Origin: Thermoproteota archaeon
GTDB lineage: Archaea > Thermoproteota > Thermoprotei_A > EX4484-217-1
Assembly (NCBI GenBank): GCA_029258915.1
Contig: JAPDJU010000003.1
Coordinates: 12,801-76,800 of the forward strand
Direction of reading: 5' to 3'
DNA length: 64,000 nucleotides
In this document: positions 37,480 to 48,089 of the stretch, piece after piece
Layout of the letters: every line of letters begins with the position of its first letter
Position numbering within the stretch: the first letter of the stretch is position 1
Position numbers and translations under genes: made by a program
The notes under the pieces: model-generated
What the model was told of the DNA's origin: nothing
Database searches by the model: none
Seen by the model: the letters and a program-made list of their open reading frames with translations, nothing else

Positions 37480-38248
37480 CTATTATTGCAAAACATACCC
37501 CGCCATATGCAAACACTCTTACTCTGCTACCATAAACCTTGGATAATATGTCTTCCTTTAGAACTTCTTCAGGTGTCCCTATAGCGTAGATTTTTCTAAA
37601 TAAAAGAGCGACACGGTCAACATATTCTACTACAGGGTTTAAATCATGGGTAACCATCAAAATGCTTACTTTATGTTTTCTATTTAGCTCATTTAAAAAA
37701 GCAGATATTTCAGCCTGACTTCTAACATCAACACCTGTAAGTGGTTCATCGAGAAGCAGGAGCTTCGGCTTACTTACAAGCGCTCTAGCAATTAAAACTC
37801 TTCTCTGCTGCCCTCCTGAAAGCTCTAGGAAATCCCTATTCCAAAACTCTTCAAGACCAACTATTTTTAAAGCTTCTAAAGCACTATTAACATCTTTTTC
37901 AGAAGGTATTCTTGGAGGATATTTTCTAGCTAAAGCACCCATAAGAACCACTTCTCCAACAGTAAGTCTTACTGCTTTAGAAAGCATAACCTTTTGTGGA
38001 ACATAGCCTATAAGATGTCTAACCTTATCGCCTTCATGGAATGGATTATAACCGTAAACTTCAACTTTACCTCTCACAGGCTTAATCAAACCTAATATTG
38101 CTTTTAGAAGAGTAGTTTTACCTGCACCGTTAGGTCCCATTATTGCTAAAAATTCTCCATCTAGCATTTCCAAATTCACATTCTCAATAGCTACAACATC
38201 ATCATATGTTATGGTCAAATCCTCTATTTTAACAGCATACTTTTCCAT
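37463..38248 (-). CDS. Metal ABC transporter ATP-binding protein
   Basis: Walker A GPNGAGKTT, signature LSGGQQRR and Walker B LLLLDEP. Confidence 0.9.
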   Translation of the reverse strand: MEKYAVKIEDLTITYDDVVAIENVNLEMLDGEFLAIMGPNGAGKTTLLKAILGLIKPVRGKVEVYGYNPFHEGDKVRHLIGYVPQKVMLSKAVRLTVGEVVLMGALARKYPPRIPSEKDVNSALEALKIVGLEEFWNRDFLELSGGQQRRVLIARALVSKPKLLLLDEPLTGVDVRSQAEISAFLNELNRKHKVSILMVTHDLNPVVEYVDRVALLFRKIYAIGTPEEVLKEDILSKVYGSRVRVFAYGGVCFAIIGDVHR

Positions 38249-38255
38249 TAACTAA

Positions 38256-39287
38256 TCACCTATATTTGCTTTTAACATAAAGCAAGTAACCTTCAATAAT
38301 AACTATTATAGCTAATGATGCAAATAACATGTAAATTGTTGATGGGAATTCTATGTTAAAGCCCTGTTCGGAAACTTTCTCCATACTATTCGAATATGCC
38401 CCTACAATTACACCCACGTTATATGTTAGGAGATCAGTGTAGGATAGTTCTTTAACACCAATAAGCCTTACATACGCTATTGGAGTTTCAGTTTCCTTAC
38501 AGAGTTTTTCTATAAACTTACCAACATTAAGCATTCTGGAAACATCCGAAGCTACCATTATCTTTGCTTCTCTACTTTCAAGCTTACTTTTTATTTCAGA
38601 AAGCTCAGCACCACTAGCGAAAACTCCTTCCCCTTTACTAAGCATGCCAATTACTTTTAAGTCTAAAGTGTCAGCAATATATTGTTCGCCGGGGAATGTT
38701 ATCACTATCCCAACGTCTTTCATACCATAAAATTCTATGATTTTACTAATGTATTGTTTAACATTTTCTACGCGTTTCTCAAAAACACTTAGCTTTTCAT
38801 AGTATTTTTCCGAGTTTATAGGATCTATTTCCGACAATTTATCAATAAATGCTTTAGCTATGGCTAAGGCGTTATCTGGGTGAAGCCAGTATGCGTGTAG
38901 ATTTCTTCTACCATCAGGCAGTTTTAAAATTCTTAGTTTATAGTTTCCAAAGTAATTTTCACTATTTATTTGAAGTACAGGTATTTGAGGAAGTAACTCG
39001 TTTAATTTTTCTTCAAAAACTAAATGTCCTGTAAAAATGAACAAATCAGCATTTCTAGCTTTCTCCACTACCTCGGGGGAAACTTGGTAACTATGGGGCT
39101 CTGCACCTTCAGGAATTAGTGTTACTACTTCAACGTTATCTATTGATATTTCTCTAATAATGGATGCTAAAGAATCTACAGAAACCATTACAATAATCTT
39201 ACGTTCTTGGGCAATTAGAGTAGTCGGTATCGTACTTAGTATCAACACTCCTACTAGTAACAGAATAAATAACAACCTTACTTTCAA
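38256..39287 (-). CDS. Metal ABC transporter substrate-binding protein (ZnuA/TroA-like) with a C-terminal TM anchor
   Basis: VTLIPEGAEPHSYQVSPEVVEKARNADLFIFTG is typical of cluster A-I metal SBPs. It has an N-terminal signal and a hydrophobic C-terminus. Confidence 0.8.
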   Translation of the reverse strand: MKVRLLFILLLVGVLILSTIPTTLIAQERKIIVMVSVDSLASIIREISIDNVEVVTLIPEGAEPHSYQVSPEVVEKARNADLFIFTGHLVFEEKLNELLPQIPVLQINSENYFGNYKLRILKLPDGRRNLHAYWLHPDNALAIAKAFIDKLSEIDPINSEKYYEKLSVFEKRVENVKQYISKIIEFYGMKDVGIVITFPGEQYIADTLDLKVIGMLSKGEGVFASGAELSEIKSKLESREAKIMVASDVSRMLNVGKFIEKLCKETETPIAYVRLIGVKELSYTDLLTYNVGVIVGAYSNSMEKVSEQGFNIEFPSTIYMLFASLAIIVIIEGYLLYVKSKYR

Positions 39288-39303
39288 TGCAGCATACCCA
39301 GAG

Positions 39304-39318
39304 TTAGGTAGTACCTAA
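39304..39318. promoter_or_regulatory. Candidate DtxR/MntR-type operator: TTAGGTA-G-TACCTAA
   Basis: A perfect 7-1-7 palindrome lies between the repressor gene and the SBP gene. TTAGG...CCTAA arms are typical of DtxR-family boxes. A TTAGGTTAC half-site also occurs upstream of the repressor (about 39827). Confidence 0.45.
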
Positions 39319-39335
39319 TTTATTTTTAAAACTTA

Positions 39336-39746
39336 CTATTGAGGAATTTCTTTCCCATGTGGGCAGAATTTTGGCATTCCAAGGTTCACGTATATTTTAT
39401 CTACTAACTTATCATCTATTTCTACATCAATTTTCTCTATGCATTGGCAGATTTCTTCTAAAGGAAGTCTCGTTGAATTAAAGAATAATATTTCAAGGAT
39501 TCTATGTTTTCTCAAAATTCTTCTTACTATCCTTACACCTTCATCTGTTAATCTTACACCTTTTCTCTTAATGAAATCTACTAAGCCTTTATTGTGTAGT
39601 TTTTGAAGAGCCTCAACAGCTGTAGGTGGAGATATATTAAGTGCTTTAGCTATTTTTGTTGTTCCTATTCTTTTACCTCCATAAGCTTCTATTTCATAGA
39701 GGTATGTTAAGTACTTTCTTTCCCCTTTCGTTACTTTAATTCCCAA
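39336..39746 (-). CDS. DtxR/MntR-family metal-dependent transcriptional repressor
   Basis: 136 aa. YLTYLYEIEAYGGKRIGTTKIAKALNISPPTAVEALQKLHNKGLV is followed by a dimerisation/metal-binding region. Confidence 0.85.
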   Translation of the reverse strand: MGIKVTKGERKYLTYLYEIEAYGGKRIGTTKIAKALNISPPTAVEALQKLHNKGLVDFIKRKGVRLTDEGVRIVRRILRKHRILEILFFNSTRLPLEEICQCIEKIDVEIDDKLVDKIYVNLGMPKFCPHGKEIPQ

Positions 39747-39863
39747 TTTTTAGCCCTATGATTTATTTTTCACTTAAACTTTTCAGTTTTTCGGTATATC
39801 CTAACTCTGCTAATGGTAGAGTATTTAGGTTACTTTGAAACATATTTTGTCTTGTGAGAATCT

Positions 39864-40649
39864 GTGGCCAATATTGTTGTCCACGAAAAACCTGACTTAG
39901 ATAGAGCTAGGGAAGCTATTAGGAATGCTCTTTCAAGGAGAAAAAACATTTACATTTTGGCTAATTGTAGTGTAGATTATTTCGGCAGGTCTTCTTCACA
40001 TTTAGACTTTGGAGAAAGACTCATCATTATAAAGTCTGATGGAGCTGTTTTAATACATAGGCCTACAGGACATTCTCCGGTAAATTGGCAACCTGAAACA
40101 TCATATATTGGTGTAGATTATGATAGTGAAGAAGGCATGTTAGTGTTAAAAGCTTTGAGAACTAAACCTAGAGAACTAGTTACAGTAAAGTTAAGCGATG
40201 TGTTTTTAATTGTTGAAGCTGAACTACGTGATCCCGGAGCATTTTACATGCATATATCTGAGAAAGAAATCAGAGATATTTTAGCTGCAAATCCTAAGCT
40301 TTTAGGTGAAAACTTTACTACAATAGATATAGAAAAAAAGGTAGAACCTGGGTTTATAGATCTATATTTAAAAGATGAGAAAGGTAATGTAGTTGTTATT
40401 GAAATTAAAAGACTAACTGCTAGAGTTGATGCGGTTAGACAGCTTAAAAAATACATAGACTCTCTAAAAAATTACATGAGAACTGAGAAAATAAGAGGCA
40501 TCATAGCTGCTCCATCAATAACGAAGAAAGCTTATGAACTATTACTTAAAGAGAAACTGGAATTTAAACAAATCAATATAGAGGCTTTGGCTAAACATGT
40601 TAGTAAAGAGGGAAAGAAAAGCCTTTTTGACTATTTTAAAGGAGTTTGA
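39864..40649 (+). CDS. nucS: Endonuclease NucS (EndoMS)
   Basis: 261 aa with a GTG start. It has the N-terminal beta-barrel region and the C-terminal RecB-like nuclease block IDLYLKDEKGNVVVIEIKR. Confidence 0.85.
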   Translation: MANIVVHEKPDLDRAREAIRNALSRRKNIYILANCSVDYFGRSSSHLDFGERLIIIKSDGAVLIHRPTGHSPVNWQPETSYIGVDYDSEEGMLVLKALRTKPRELVTVKLSDVFLIVEAELRDPGAFYMHISEKEIRDILAANPKLLGENFTTIDIEKKVEPGFIDLYLKDEKGNVVVIEIKRLTARVDAVRQLKKYIDSLKNYMRTEKIRGIIAAPSITKKAYELLLKEKLEFKQINIEALAKHVSKEGKKSLFDYFKGV

Positions 40650-40665
40650 ACATAAAAGAGAAGTT

Positions 40666-41196
40666 ATGAGAAAGTATGATATAACTTCTAAAGGCTACGA
40701 TGAACTCTATGGAGATGAGCAGCTAGACAAATATCGCTTAGCTTTTAAAAACATTAACGATGTAGGCAAGACCGTGCTGGATGTAGGATGCGGAACAGGG
40801 CTTCTCTACAGTTTCATAAATAGCAAAAAACAGCAGTTTAGAAACATAGGAACGTACATTGGCATAGATATAAGCTATGGTATGCTTGAAAAAGCTAAAC
40901 CTAAGATGGTCAAGAGAACTATTTTAGCAGATCTTATACGTGCCGATGCTGATTTTCTACCATTCCGTAGCAAAGTATTTGACAGCGTATTTGCCTTCAC
41001 ACTTCTCCAAAATATGCCTAACCCCAATGTAACATGCTATGAATTCTTAAGGGTTCTTAGAGATAAGGGATTACTAATTCTATCCATACCTAAGAGCACA
41101 AATGTAAACATAGATCTACAAGTAGAAAAAATAGAGAAAGCCAAAATAAAAGATACCATATTACTCCTTAAATTAAACAATAAATTCACCACCTAA
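40666..41196 (+). CDS. Class I SAM-dependent methyltransferase
   Basis: Motif I VLDVGCGTG, with FDSVFAFTLLQN. The ATG at 40666 avoids the 53-nt overlap with nucS implied by the track start. Confidence 0.7.
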   Translation: MRKYDITSKGYDELYGDEQLDKYRLAFKNINDVGKTVLDVGCGTGLLYSFINSKKQQFRNIGTYIGIDISYGMLEKAKPKMVKRTILADLIRADADFLPFRSKVFDSVFAFTLLQNMPNPNVTCYEFLRVLRDKGLLILSIPKSTNVNIDLQVEKIEKAKIKDTILLLKLNNKFTT

Positions 41197-41275
41197 ACTT
41201 TTAAATACTCCGATTAAATTGGATTTTCAAGTAGATACCAGAAAAATTTAGGGGCTGATTTTTAGGAGGTTTAGA

Positions 41276-41521
41276 ATGAAAGCGCTTGATAGTCCGCTAA
41301 AATACTTAAGAAACGCTATTAACAATACTGTTTTAGTAAGGCTTAAAGACGGCTCAGAATATGTTGGAAGATTAGAGCTATGCGATAACACTATGAACCT
41401 GCTTTTAAGCGATTGCATCGAGGTAAGAGAAGGTTCACAACAACCAATAGCTAAATATGGTAAGGTTCTCGTAAGGGGAAGCAATATTTTATTTATAAGT
41501 ACTGATTATAAGCCAGAATGA
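41276..41521 (+). CDS. Sm-like (LSm) archaeal protein
   Basis: Sm1 is [26 protein letters not shown] and Sm2 is [11 protein letters not shown]. Confidence 0.85.
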   Translation: MKALDSPLKYLRNAINNTVLVRLKDGSEYVGRLELCDNTMNLLLSDCIEVREGSQQPIAKYGKVLVRGSNILFISTDYKPE

Positions 41522-41653
41522 TAAAGAGCTTAAGCTTCTAATCTGAGCAAATACGGTATTAGATTATCAAATATTACTAAGAGTAATATTTCTATTTAGA
41601 GTTTTTACTAAAATTTTTTAAACGCTGAAATATACATTAACGCGGGGTTTAGT

Positions 41654-42868
41654 ATGAAGAACATATTTATAGAATATGAGAGGAGAAAAGCTACATCGGA
41701 ACTTAATATAGAGTTCGTTGAGAGAAAAGGTTTAGGGCATCCAGATTACATAGCTGATGCTTCATCTGAGGAATCAAGCCGTAAGCTCTCAAGATATTAC
41801 CTTGAAAGGTTTGGTGTTATACTTCACCATAACTTAGATAAAACACTGCTTGTTGGAGGACAGGCTAATCCCATCTTTGGTGGCGGTGATTTACTTCACC
41901 CTATTTACATTATAGTTTCTGGTAGGGCAACAACAGAAGTGATAAGAGAAGGCAAGATAGAGCCTATTCCAGTAGGTAGAATTGTTGTTGAAGCTGTTAA
42001 GGATTGGATTGAAAGAAACTTTAGATTTTTAGACCCTGAAAGACATGTTATTGTAGATTACAGAATAGGTAAAGGCTCCGTAGATTTGGTTAAGATATTT
42101 GAGCTCGGAAAGAAAGTTCCGTTAGCAAATGATACTTCCGTTGGTGTTGCTTTTGCCCCGCTAACCCCTCTTGAAAACTTGGTATTAAATGTTGAGAAAT
42201 ACTTGAATTCTAAAGAACTTAAAAAGAAAATACCTGAAGTTGGAGAAGACGTTAAAGTTATGGGTTTACGTAAAGGTAAGAACATAGAGTTAACAATTGC
42301 AGCAGCAATGATATCGCACTTAATTCCTGACCTTAACCATTATCTTTCGGTGAAAGAACAGGTAATTGAAGAAATATATAATTTAGCTTCAAAACTTGTA
42401 CCTGAATTCGATGTTAAAGTTTATCTTAATGCTGCAGATAAACCTGAGAAAGGCATAGTCTACTTAACAGTTACAGGAACATCAGCAGAACATGGAGATG
42501 ATGGGACTACAGGAAGAGGCAACAGGGTAAACGGGTTAATTACACCTAACAGGCCTATGTCTTTAGAAGCAGCTGCAGGCAAAAACCCTGTTAGCCATGT
42601 AGGTAAAATATACAACATTTTAGCTAAAGAGATAGCAACTAAAATAGCTATCAAAATAGATGAAGTTAAGGAAGTTTATGTTGAAATACTTAGCCAAATA
42701 GGGAGACCAATAACAGACCCTTGGATAGCAAGTGTTAGAGTTATAGGCGACTTTGAAGTTTTACCAGCAAATATAAAACATGAAATTTACAGTATAGTAG
42801 AAGAAGAGTTAGATAAAACACCATTACTTACCAAGTTGCTACTTAAGGAAGAAACCTTCGTTTTTTAA
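41654..42868 (+). CDS. mat: Archaeal-type S-adenosylmethionine synthetase
   Basis: 404 aa. [13 protein letters not shown] near the N-terminus and overall collinearity match archaeal MAT. Confidence 0.9.
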   Translation: MKNIFIEYERRKATSELNIEFVERKGLGHPDYIADASSEESSRKLSRYYLERFGVILHHNLDKTLLVGGQANPIFGGGDLLHPIYIIVSGRATTEVIREGKIEPIPVGRIVVEAVKDWIERNFRFLDPERHVIVDYRIGKGSVDLVKIFELGKKVPLANDTSVGVAFAPLTPLENLVLNVEKYLNSKELKKKIPEVGEDVKVMGLRKGKNIELTIAAAMISHLIPDLNHYLSVKEQVIEEIYNLASKLVPEFDVKVYLNAADKPEKGIVYLTVTGTSAEHGDDGTTGRGNRVNGLITPNRPMSLEAAAGKNPVSHVGKIYNILAKEIATKIAIKIDEVKEVYVEILSQIGRPITDPWIASVRVIGDFEVLPANIKHEIYSIVEEELDKTPLLTKLLLKEETFVF

Positions 42869-42986
42869 TTAAACTACTTTGCTTCTCCAGATCGTTTCCC
42901 CCATATAGAATCCAAAACCTAAGAAGCTGATCTGTTTTAAATAAAGATTTCCTCAACACAGTTTTTGGTCAAAGTTACACCTTAAG

Positions 42987-45026
42987 TTACTTTGAACTAC
43001 TCCATCTTTCCATTCTATATCTCATTATTAGGTCTTCTAGTTCTACTTTCTTCTTTGCCTTGAGCTTTTCCTCAAGCTCCTTCTTTTTCTCCTTAACCAT
43101 TTTAACTAGGTCTTGACTGTAAAGTACTATGTTATCGAATGGTATTATAACATGTTCTCTTACATTATTAATGCTAATTACAGGTATTCCATGTTCTTCA
43201 ACAGCTTTAGTAAACTCTTCGGTAGGATTCTCAGTTAGTATGGAAAGTACGTTTGCTTTCACAAGCTTCAATATAGCTTCTTTCTGGACAAAAGTTGGGT
43301 TGAGTATATGTATTATACTATTTTTCTCTATTTGACCATATTCTCTTTCAGCCTTAGAAACGGAAGTTGTAGTTAAAGTAGTAATAGGTATAGCTATTTT
43401 ATAGTTTTGTCTAGCTACTTCAACTATCATAGTTTTTAAGCCAGCTATTTCATGTTTTAGCTTAAGATTCTCTTGCTCGTATTTTTTAAGTTCTTCACTA
43501 AGTCTCCTGACTTCTTCAGTTAAAGTTTGTATTTCTCTTATAGCCCTAACCCGTATATTCGTTTGCCTATGATATAGTTCTAGTTTCTTTTTAAGATCCA
43601 ATATTTCTTTATGTGCTTCACTAAGCTTTTCTTTTAGCTGTGCTTTTTCTTTTTCAAGTTTTTTAATTTCTCTTAGAAGAGACTCGCTTACTTGAGGTAT
43701 TTTCACTATTTTTTCTTCTACCCTTCTTTCCTCAGTTTTTGCTCTTAACTCAGCTGTTAGCTTACGAAATATTTCCTTCTCTACTGCTTGTGCTATGCTT
43801 AAACCTTTAATTACGTCTGCTTTTATTTTATCTACATCTACGTCTAATTCCATTTTACTGACATAGTTCTCTATTTGCTCAAGTTTTACTTTAAAAGACC
43901 TCCAAGCACTTATAGCTGCAGCTAAAGCATCTCTTTGATGGGTATCTTCAACTTCTATTTGGCTTTCTAAGCTTTCAAGATAAGACTTTACAAGTTCTTC
44001 TTTTTCACTTTGAGCAAGCGTTTGCTGTGGTGTGTAAAGTTTTGTTCTTAATGTTGAAGCTAGTTTTTCTAAAGCTTCAGGAGGAGGGTAAACATCGGAC
44101 GCTATGATTAAAGGTTTTCCATATTTTTCTATTTCCCTTATTATCATTGTTCTGTCTAGGTTTTTACCGCTAAATACTCTCAGCACTTCACCATCAACAT
44201 CTAAGATAGCTACACCGGTTATTATTCCAGGGTCGATACCTATAATTAGCGGTCTTTTTCTCGTTAAAACCCTTGGTTTTACACGTTCAAACTCTATTTT
44301 GCCCCTATAAACAGGTCTAATAATTACCCTTATATCATGGCCTTTTAGCGGTGAAACTACCCCGTAGAGTTTACTTCTTGGAGCGTAGACAGTAAATACT
44401 GCTCCATCAAATCCACTTTCCGATTTTCTAACTACGAGGTCATAGTCTATCCCATGTGTTTCAAGTGCTTCTTTAATTTTCCTTACGGCTTGGAGAATTA
44501 GCCCTCTAACATGTCTTCTATATCTTAACTGGCTCATACCTCCTTGAGTTAAGCTTCTACCTTTAGTAACAATAATTTTTGTTTTTTCTTCATATACCTT
44601 AACTTTTGAACCATAGCCTTTATGTGCGAGTATAGCGGCAAGATATGCTGTTTTAAGTGGGGGGAACTTACTATATTCTGAAATTAACTTAGCTTCCTTA
44701 GCTACCTCCCATAGTTTAGAAACTCTATCCTCACTTACATTAACTTGAACTACAGATGTTTCAGGGGGTAACATGCCAATTATTTTTACAACACTTTTCT
44801 CATCTGCCCCTATTTCAAAAATATTGTCGATACTTATTAGTTTAGGTTTATATTCCCATGCAAGCCTAATTATTCTTCTTAAAGCTACATCAGAGTGTTT
44901 TTCAACTACTTCTCCGTTCCTAAGTATGACTAATGCATAGTGTGGCTCTTTTGTAGACTGTGGAGAGCTTGAAGGCAATATGTCTATGCCGAAGACTACG
45001 CTGTCTTTGCTTCTAGATTTTTTCAA
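42987..45026 (-). CDS. DUF460-family protein (RNase H-like folds plus a long coiled coil)
   Basis: 679 aa. GIDILP... and IIGIDPGIITGVAILDVDGEVL are RuvC/RNase H-like starts. A central coiled coil and the size match archaeal DUF460. Confidence 0.6.
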   Translation of the reverse strand: MKKSRSKDSVVFGIDILPSSSPQSTKEPHYALVILRNGEVVEKHSDVALRRIIRLAWEYKPKLISIDNIFEIGADEKSVVKIIGMLPPETSVVQVNVSEDRVSKLWEVAKEAKLISEYSKFPPLKTAYLAAILAHKGYGSKVKVYEEKTKIIVTKGRSLTQGGMSQLRYRRHVRGLILQAVRKIKEALETHGIDYDLVVRKSESGFDGAVFTVYAPRSKLYGVVSPLKGHDIRVIIRPVYRGKIEFERVKPRVLTRKRPLIIGIDPGIITGVAILDVDGEVLRVFSGKNLDRTMIIREIEKYGKPLIIASDVYPPPEALEKLASTLRTKLYTPQQTLAQSEKEELVKSYLESLESQIEVEDTHQRDALAAAISAWRSFKVKLEQIENYVSKMELDVDVDKIKADVIKGLSIAQAVEKEIFRKLTAELRAKTEERRVEEKIVKIPQVSESLLREIKKLEKEKAQLKEKLSEAHKEILDLKKKLELYHRQTNIRVRAIREIQTLTEEVRRLSEELKKYEQENLKLKHEIAGLKTMIVEVARQNYKIAIPITTLTTTSVSKAEREYGQIEKNSIIHILNPTFVQKEAILKLVKANVLSILTENPTEEFTKAVEEHGIPVISINNVREHVIIPFDNIVLYSQDLVKMVKEKKKELEEKLKAKKKVELEDLIMRYRMERWSSSK

Positions 45027-45906
45027 TTTCCCCCCTCACGTATTTTAAAGCTTCTTCAACCGGTATTTTTACACTGTACTTTCTTTTGAAAAACCCCGTT
45101 ATATACTTGACATCTCTCTCTAAAAGAATTGGCGCGCTAGGATGCTCTTTTTCAACGTATTGTGGCCAGTCTATTAATATTGGTTCTTCAGTGTCTAGTT
45201 TAACCATAACATTATATTCGCTTAGATCCCCGTGAACTATACCTACAATAGTGTATGCTCTTCTAACACTGTCTAAAATTAAACGTAACATGTGTTCGGG
45301 GTTTAAGGGTTTTCTATATTTGAGCAGTAAAACGCCGTTAATATGTTTCATAACAACTACATGTCTACTTCTACCTAAAGGTTTAGGCACTCTAACCTTA
45401 GCTTTCAAGCATTCTATAAGCGCTTTAAACTCTCTTTCAGCTGAAATAGCTGACCTAATAAGCCATGAAACTTCTGCTTCTTCAGCGTAAACTCTGAGTC
45501 TTTTAACCTGTCTAAAGCTTGTTCTCCCGACTCTATGAAACTTGACAACTATTTTTTCATTGGTAGGGCTTAGTCCTAAATATAAATCTGCTTCTTTACC
45601 TACACCAAGTTTAGGTCCTAAAGCGTAGACAATGTTTCTCTTAACTAAATCGTCTATTGCTAAACAATCGTATCCTAGCATGGTCATTCTATAGCCGGTA
45701 TAGTCTCCTCTATATCTTTTAACAAGCTTTAAACCACTAAGTTTAGACAGGGTTAGAGAAACATCTTTATCAATCATCCTGCTTTTTGAAACAATAACTT
45801 CTAAGGGCACATACTCATATTTTTTCATAAATTTCTCTATAACCCTAAGTACCTTTAAGTCTCTAGACGTTAACTGCTTAAATACATAGCCTGGATTTAC
45901 CGGCAT
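45013..45906 (-). CDS. rio2: RIO2 serine protein kinase/ATPase
   Basis: It has an N-terminal wHTH, LGVGKEADLY (P-loop-like) and IVHGDLSEYNVMV (catalytic loop). Confidence 0.85.
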   Translation of the reverse strand: MPVNPGYVFKQLTSRDLKVLRVIEKFMKKYEYVPLEVIVSKSRMIDKDVSLTLSKLSGLKLVKRYRGDYTGYRMTMLGYDCLAIDDLVKRNIVYALGPKLGVGKEADLYLGLSPTNEKIVVKFHRVGRTSFRQVKRLRVYAEEAEVSWLIRSAISAEREFKALIECLKAKVRVPKPLGRSRHVVVMKHINGVLLLKYRKPLNPEHMLRLILDSVRRAYTIVGIVHGDLSEYNVMVKLDTEEPILIDWPQYVEKEHPSAPILLERDVKYITGFFKRKYSVKIPVEEALKYVRGEIEKI

Positions 45907-46080
45907 TACTAACTATACCTGGGTTCAGTACTTTCTATGTTAGCATCACTATTTCTACATAACCTACTTAAACAATACTGTTAAAATAGAATCTAAGATG
46001 ATAACATATTAGAAGGTTTTTTAAACGGTTAAAAATTAATATATTCCTATAACCTATGTATTGGTGAGGGAAAAACAGTA

Positions 46081-46425
46081 ATGTCATTAGAAACTAAGGA
46101 AGAAGTTAAACTTGCTATTCCTAAGAACCCGGGCATATATGAAGTCGAAGATACTCTCGTTGTACGTGGTGAGGAATATGTTCAGAAAGTGTCTTCTGCT
46201 CTCTCATCAATTACAAGGCTTAGAATACTTAAATACTTAAGGGAAGGAGGAATGTATGTTGGCAAGGCTGCTGAACTTATAGCTCAAAGCAAGGCCAATG
46301 CAAGCGCGCAAATACGGATACTTGAGTCCGTCAGACTTGTTAAATCATCGTATGAACCTGGAAAGCGTGGTGTAAAGAAGATTTCAAGAACAAATATTAA
46401 AAAAGTTCTTTTAATATTAGATTGA
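46081..46425 (+). CDS. ArsR-family winged-helix regulator
   Basis: 114 aa. [44 protein letters not shown]. Confidence 0.6.
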   Translation: MSLETKEEVKLAIPKNPGIYEVEDTLVVRGEEYVQKVSSALSSITRLRILKYLREGGMYVGKAAELIAQSKANASAQIRILESVRLVKSSYEPGKRGVKKISRTNIKKVLLILD

Positions 46426-48024
46426 ATTTAATGTTGCTTTAAGAAAACCTAAGTACGGTGGCGAAGGACTCAAAGGTCTAGACCTAAATTCTGGATGCGC
46501 CTGGGTTCCTATGTAAAAAACATGTTCTTTTCTACTTAACTCTATAAACTCAACTCTACCATCATAACTTAAACCTGATATTTTAAGACCATAAGCAAAA
46601 ATCTTATGTATATATTTAGGGTTAACTTCGTATCTATGTCTATGCCTCTCGTATATTCTATCCTTTCCATACAAGCTATGGGCGATAGTGCCTTTAACAA
46701 GGTCTATAGGGTATGCTCCAAGCCTCATCGTACCTCCTAGTTGTTTAATTTTAGTCTGCTCTTCCATAAGATCAACTACTGGGTGCGGCGTTTTAGGATT
46801 AAGTTCTGTACTGTTAGCATTCCTTAATCCTACAACATTTCTTGCATATTCTATAACCATAAGTTGCATTCCAAAGCATATACCTAGTAATGGTATGTTG
46901 TTTTCCCTAGCATACTTTATAGCTGTAATTTTTCCTTCGCTGCCTCTTCTTCCAAAGCCTGGTAATACTATTACACCGTTTACACCGCTTAATGCATCCT
47001 CGACTTTAACCTTTCCTTCTTCAATATTTGTAGCTTCAACCCACTTTAGAACAGGTTTTACTCCTAAATGTGCTCCTGCATGCACTAATGCTTCATTTAT
47101 GCTTATGTAGCTGTCTTTAAGCTTAGTATACTTACCTACCATGCCTATGATTATTCTCTTTTTACTATGTCTAATTTTTTCTACAAACCATTCTAGATCA
47201 GCTAAGTCAGGTTCTTTATCTTCTAGATTTAGCCTTTCAATAACATGTTTACCTAGACCTTGTTTCTCAAGAATTAAAGGTACTTCATATATTGTGTCCA
47301 CAGTATACGATGTGAAAACAGAGCCTATGGGTACGTTACCGTAAAGCGCTATTTTCCTTTTAGCTTCATCTTCAAGCATGACACGGCATCTAGCTACTAT
47401 AATATCTGGTTGAATACCTATTCTTCTAAGTTCTTGAACACTATGTTGTACGGGTTTTGTTTTTTGCTCCCCAGTAACTTCGAGAATAGGGACTAAAGCT
47501 ACGTGAACGAAAAGAGTGTTGCAATAGCCTTCTTCAATTCTCATTTGCCTTATAGCTTCTAAGAAAGGTAAGCCTTCAATATCGCCTACAGTGCCTCCAA
47601 TTTCAACGACAACCACGTCAACGTTTTCACGTTTAGCAACAAATCTAATTCTACTTTTTATTTCATCAGTTATGTGAGGGATTATTTGCACGCATCTACC
47701 TAAATACTCTCCTTTCCTTTCCCTTTCAATAACCTTTAGATATATTTGCCCTGTTGTTATGTTATTGTATTTTGAAAGATTTATGTGTAGAAATCTTTCA
47801 TAATGACCTAGGTCGAGATCGGTTTCGCCGCCATCATCTGTTACAAAAACTTCTCCATGCATGTAAGGGTTCATGGTGCCAGCGTCAACGTTAAGATAAG
47901 GATCTATTTTTACTGCTGTAACACTATACCCTCTTGCTTGGAGAAGTTTACCTATAGAAGCAGTAACGATTCCTTTACCTACACTTGAAAGTACTCCTCC
48001 AGTTACGAATACGTATTTGGTCAC
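46417..48024 (-). CDS. pyrG: CTP synthase
   Basis: [19 protein letters not shown] at the N-terminus and the glutaminase block GICFGMQ. Confidence 0.95.
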   Translation of the reverse strand: MTKYVFVTGGVLSSVGKGIVTASIGKLLQARGYSVTAVKIDPYLNVDAGTMNPYMHGEVFVTDDGGETDLDLGHYERFLHINLSKYNNITTGQIYLKVIERERKGEYLGRCVQIIPHITDEIKSRIRFVAKRENVDVVVVEIGGTVGDIEGLPFLEAIRQMRIEEGYCNTLFVHVALVPILEVTGEQKTKPVQHSVQELRRIGIQPDIIVARCRVMLEDEAKRKIALYGNVPIGSVFTSYTVDTIYEVPLILEKQGLGKHVIERLNLEDKEPDLADLEWFVEKIRHSKKRIIIGMVGKYTKLKDSYISINEALVHAGAHLGVKPVLKWVEATNIEEGKVKVEDALSGVNGVIVLPGFGRRGSEGKITAIKYARENNIPLLGICFGMQLMVIEYARNVVGLRNANSTELNPKTPHPVVDLMEEQTKIKQLGGTMRLGAYPIDLVKGTIAHSLYGKDRIYERHRHRYEVNPKYIHKIFAYGLKISGLSYDGRVEFIELSRKEHVFYIGTQAHPEFRSRPLSPSPPYLGFLKATLNSI

Positions 48025-48089
48025 TGGTTACCACAATGTATTATTTATCCTTAGAGTAAGTTTATAACCTTTAAGTTTCCATCAGACAA

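Noticed and set aside
41570-41606. 9-bp inverted repeat AATATTACT-AAG-AGTAATATT followed by a T-run, downstream of the LSm gene
   Set aside because: It may be a terminator-like structure. However, it is an AT-only stem, and archaeal termination depends mainly on oligo-T, so it is too weak to call a feature.
45925-45975. Minus-strand GUGAUGC followed 14 nt later by CUGA, upstream of rio2
   Set aside because: Only half of a C/D architecture is present. No C'/D pair follows before the rio2 start codon.
46688-47344. 140-aa and 67-aa plus-strand ORFs inside pyrG
   Set aside because: They are antisense to an unambiguous CTP synthase gene.
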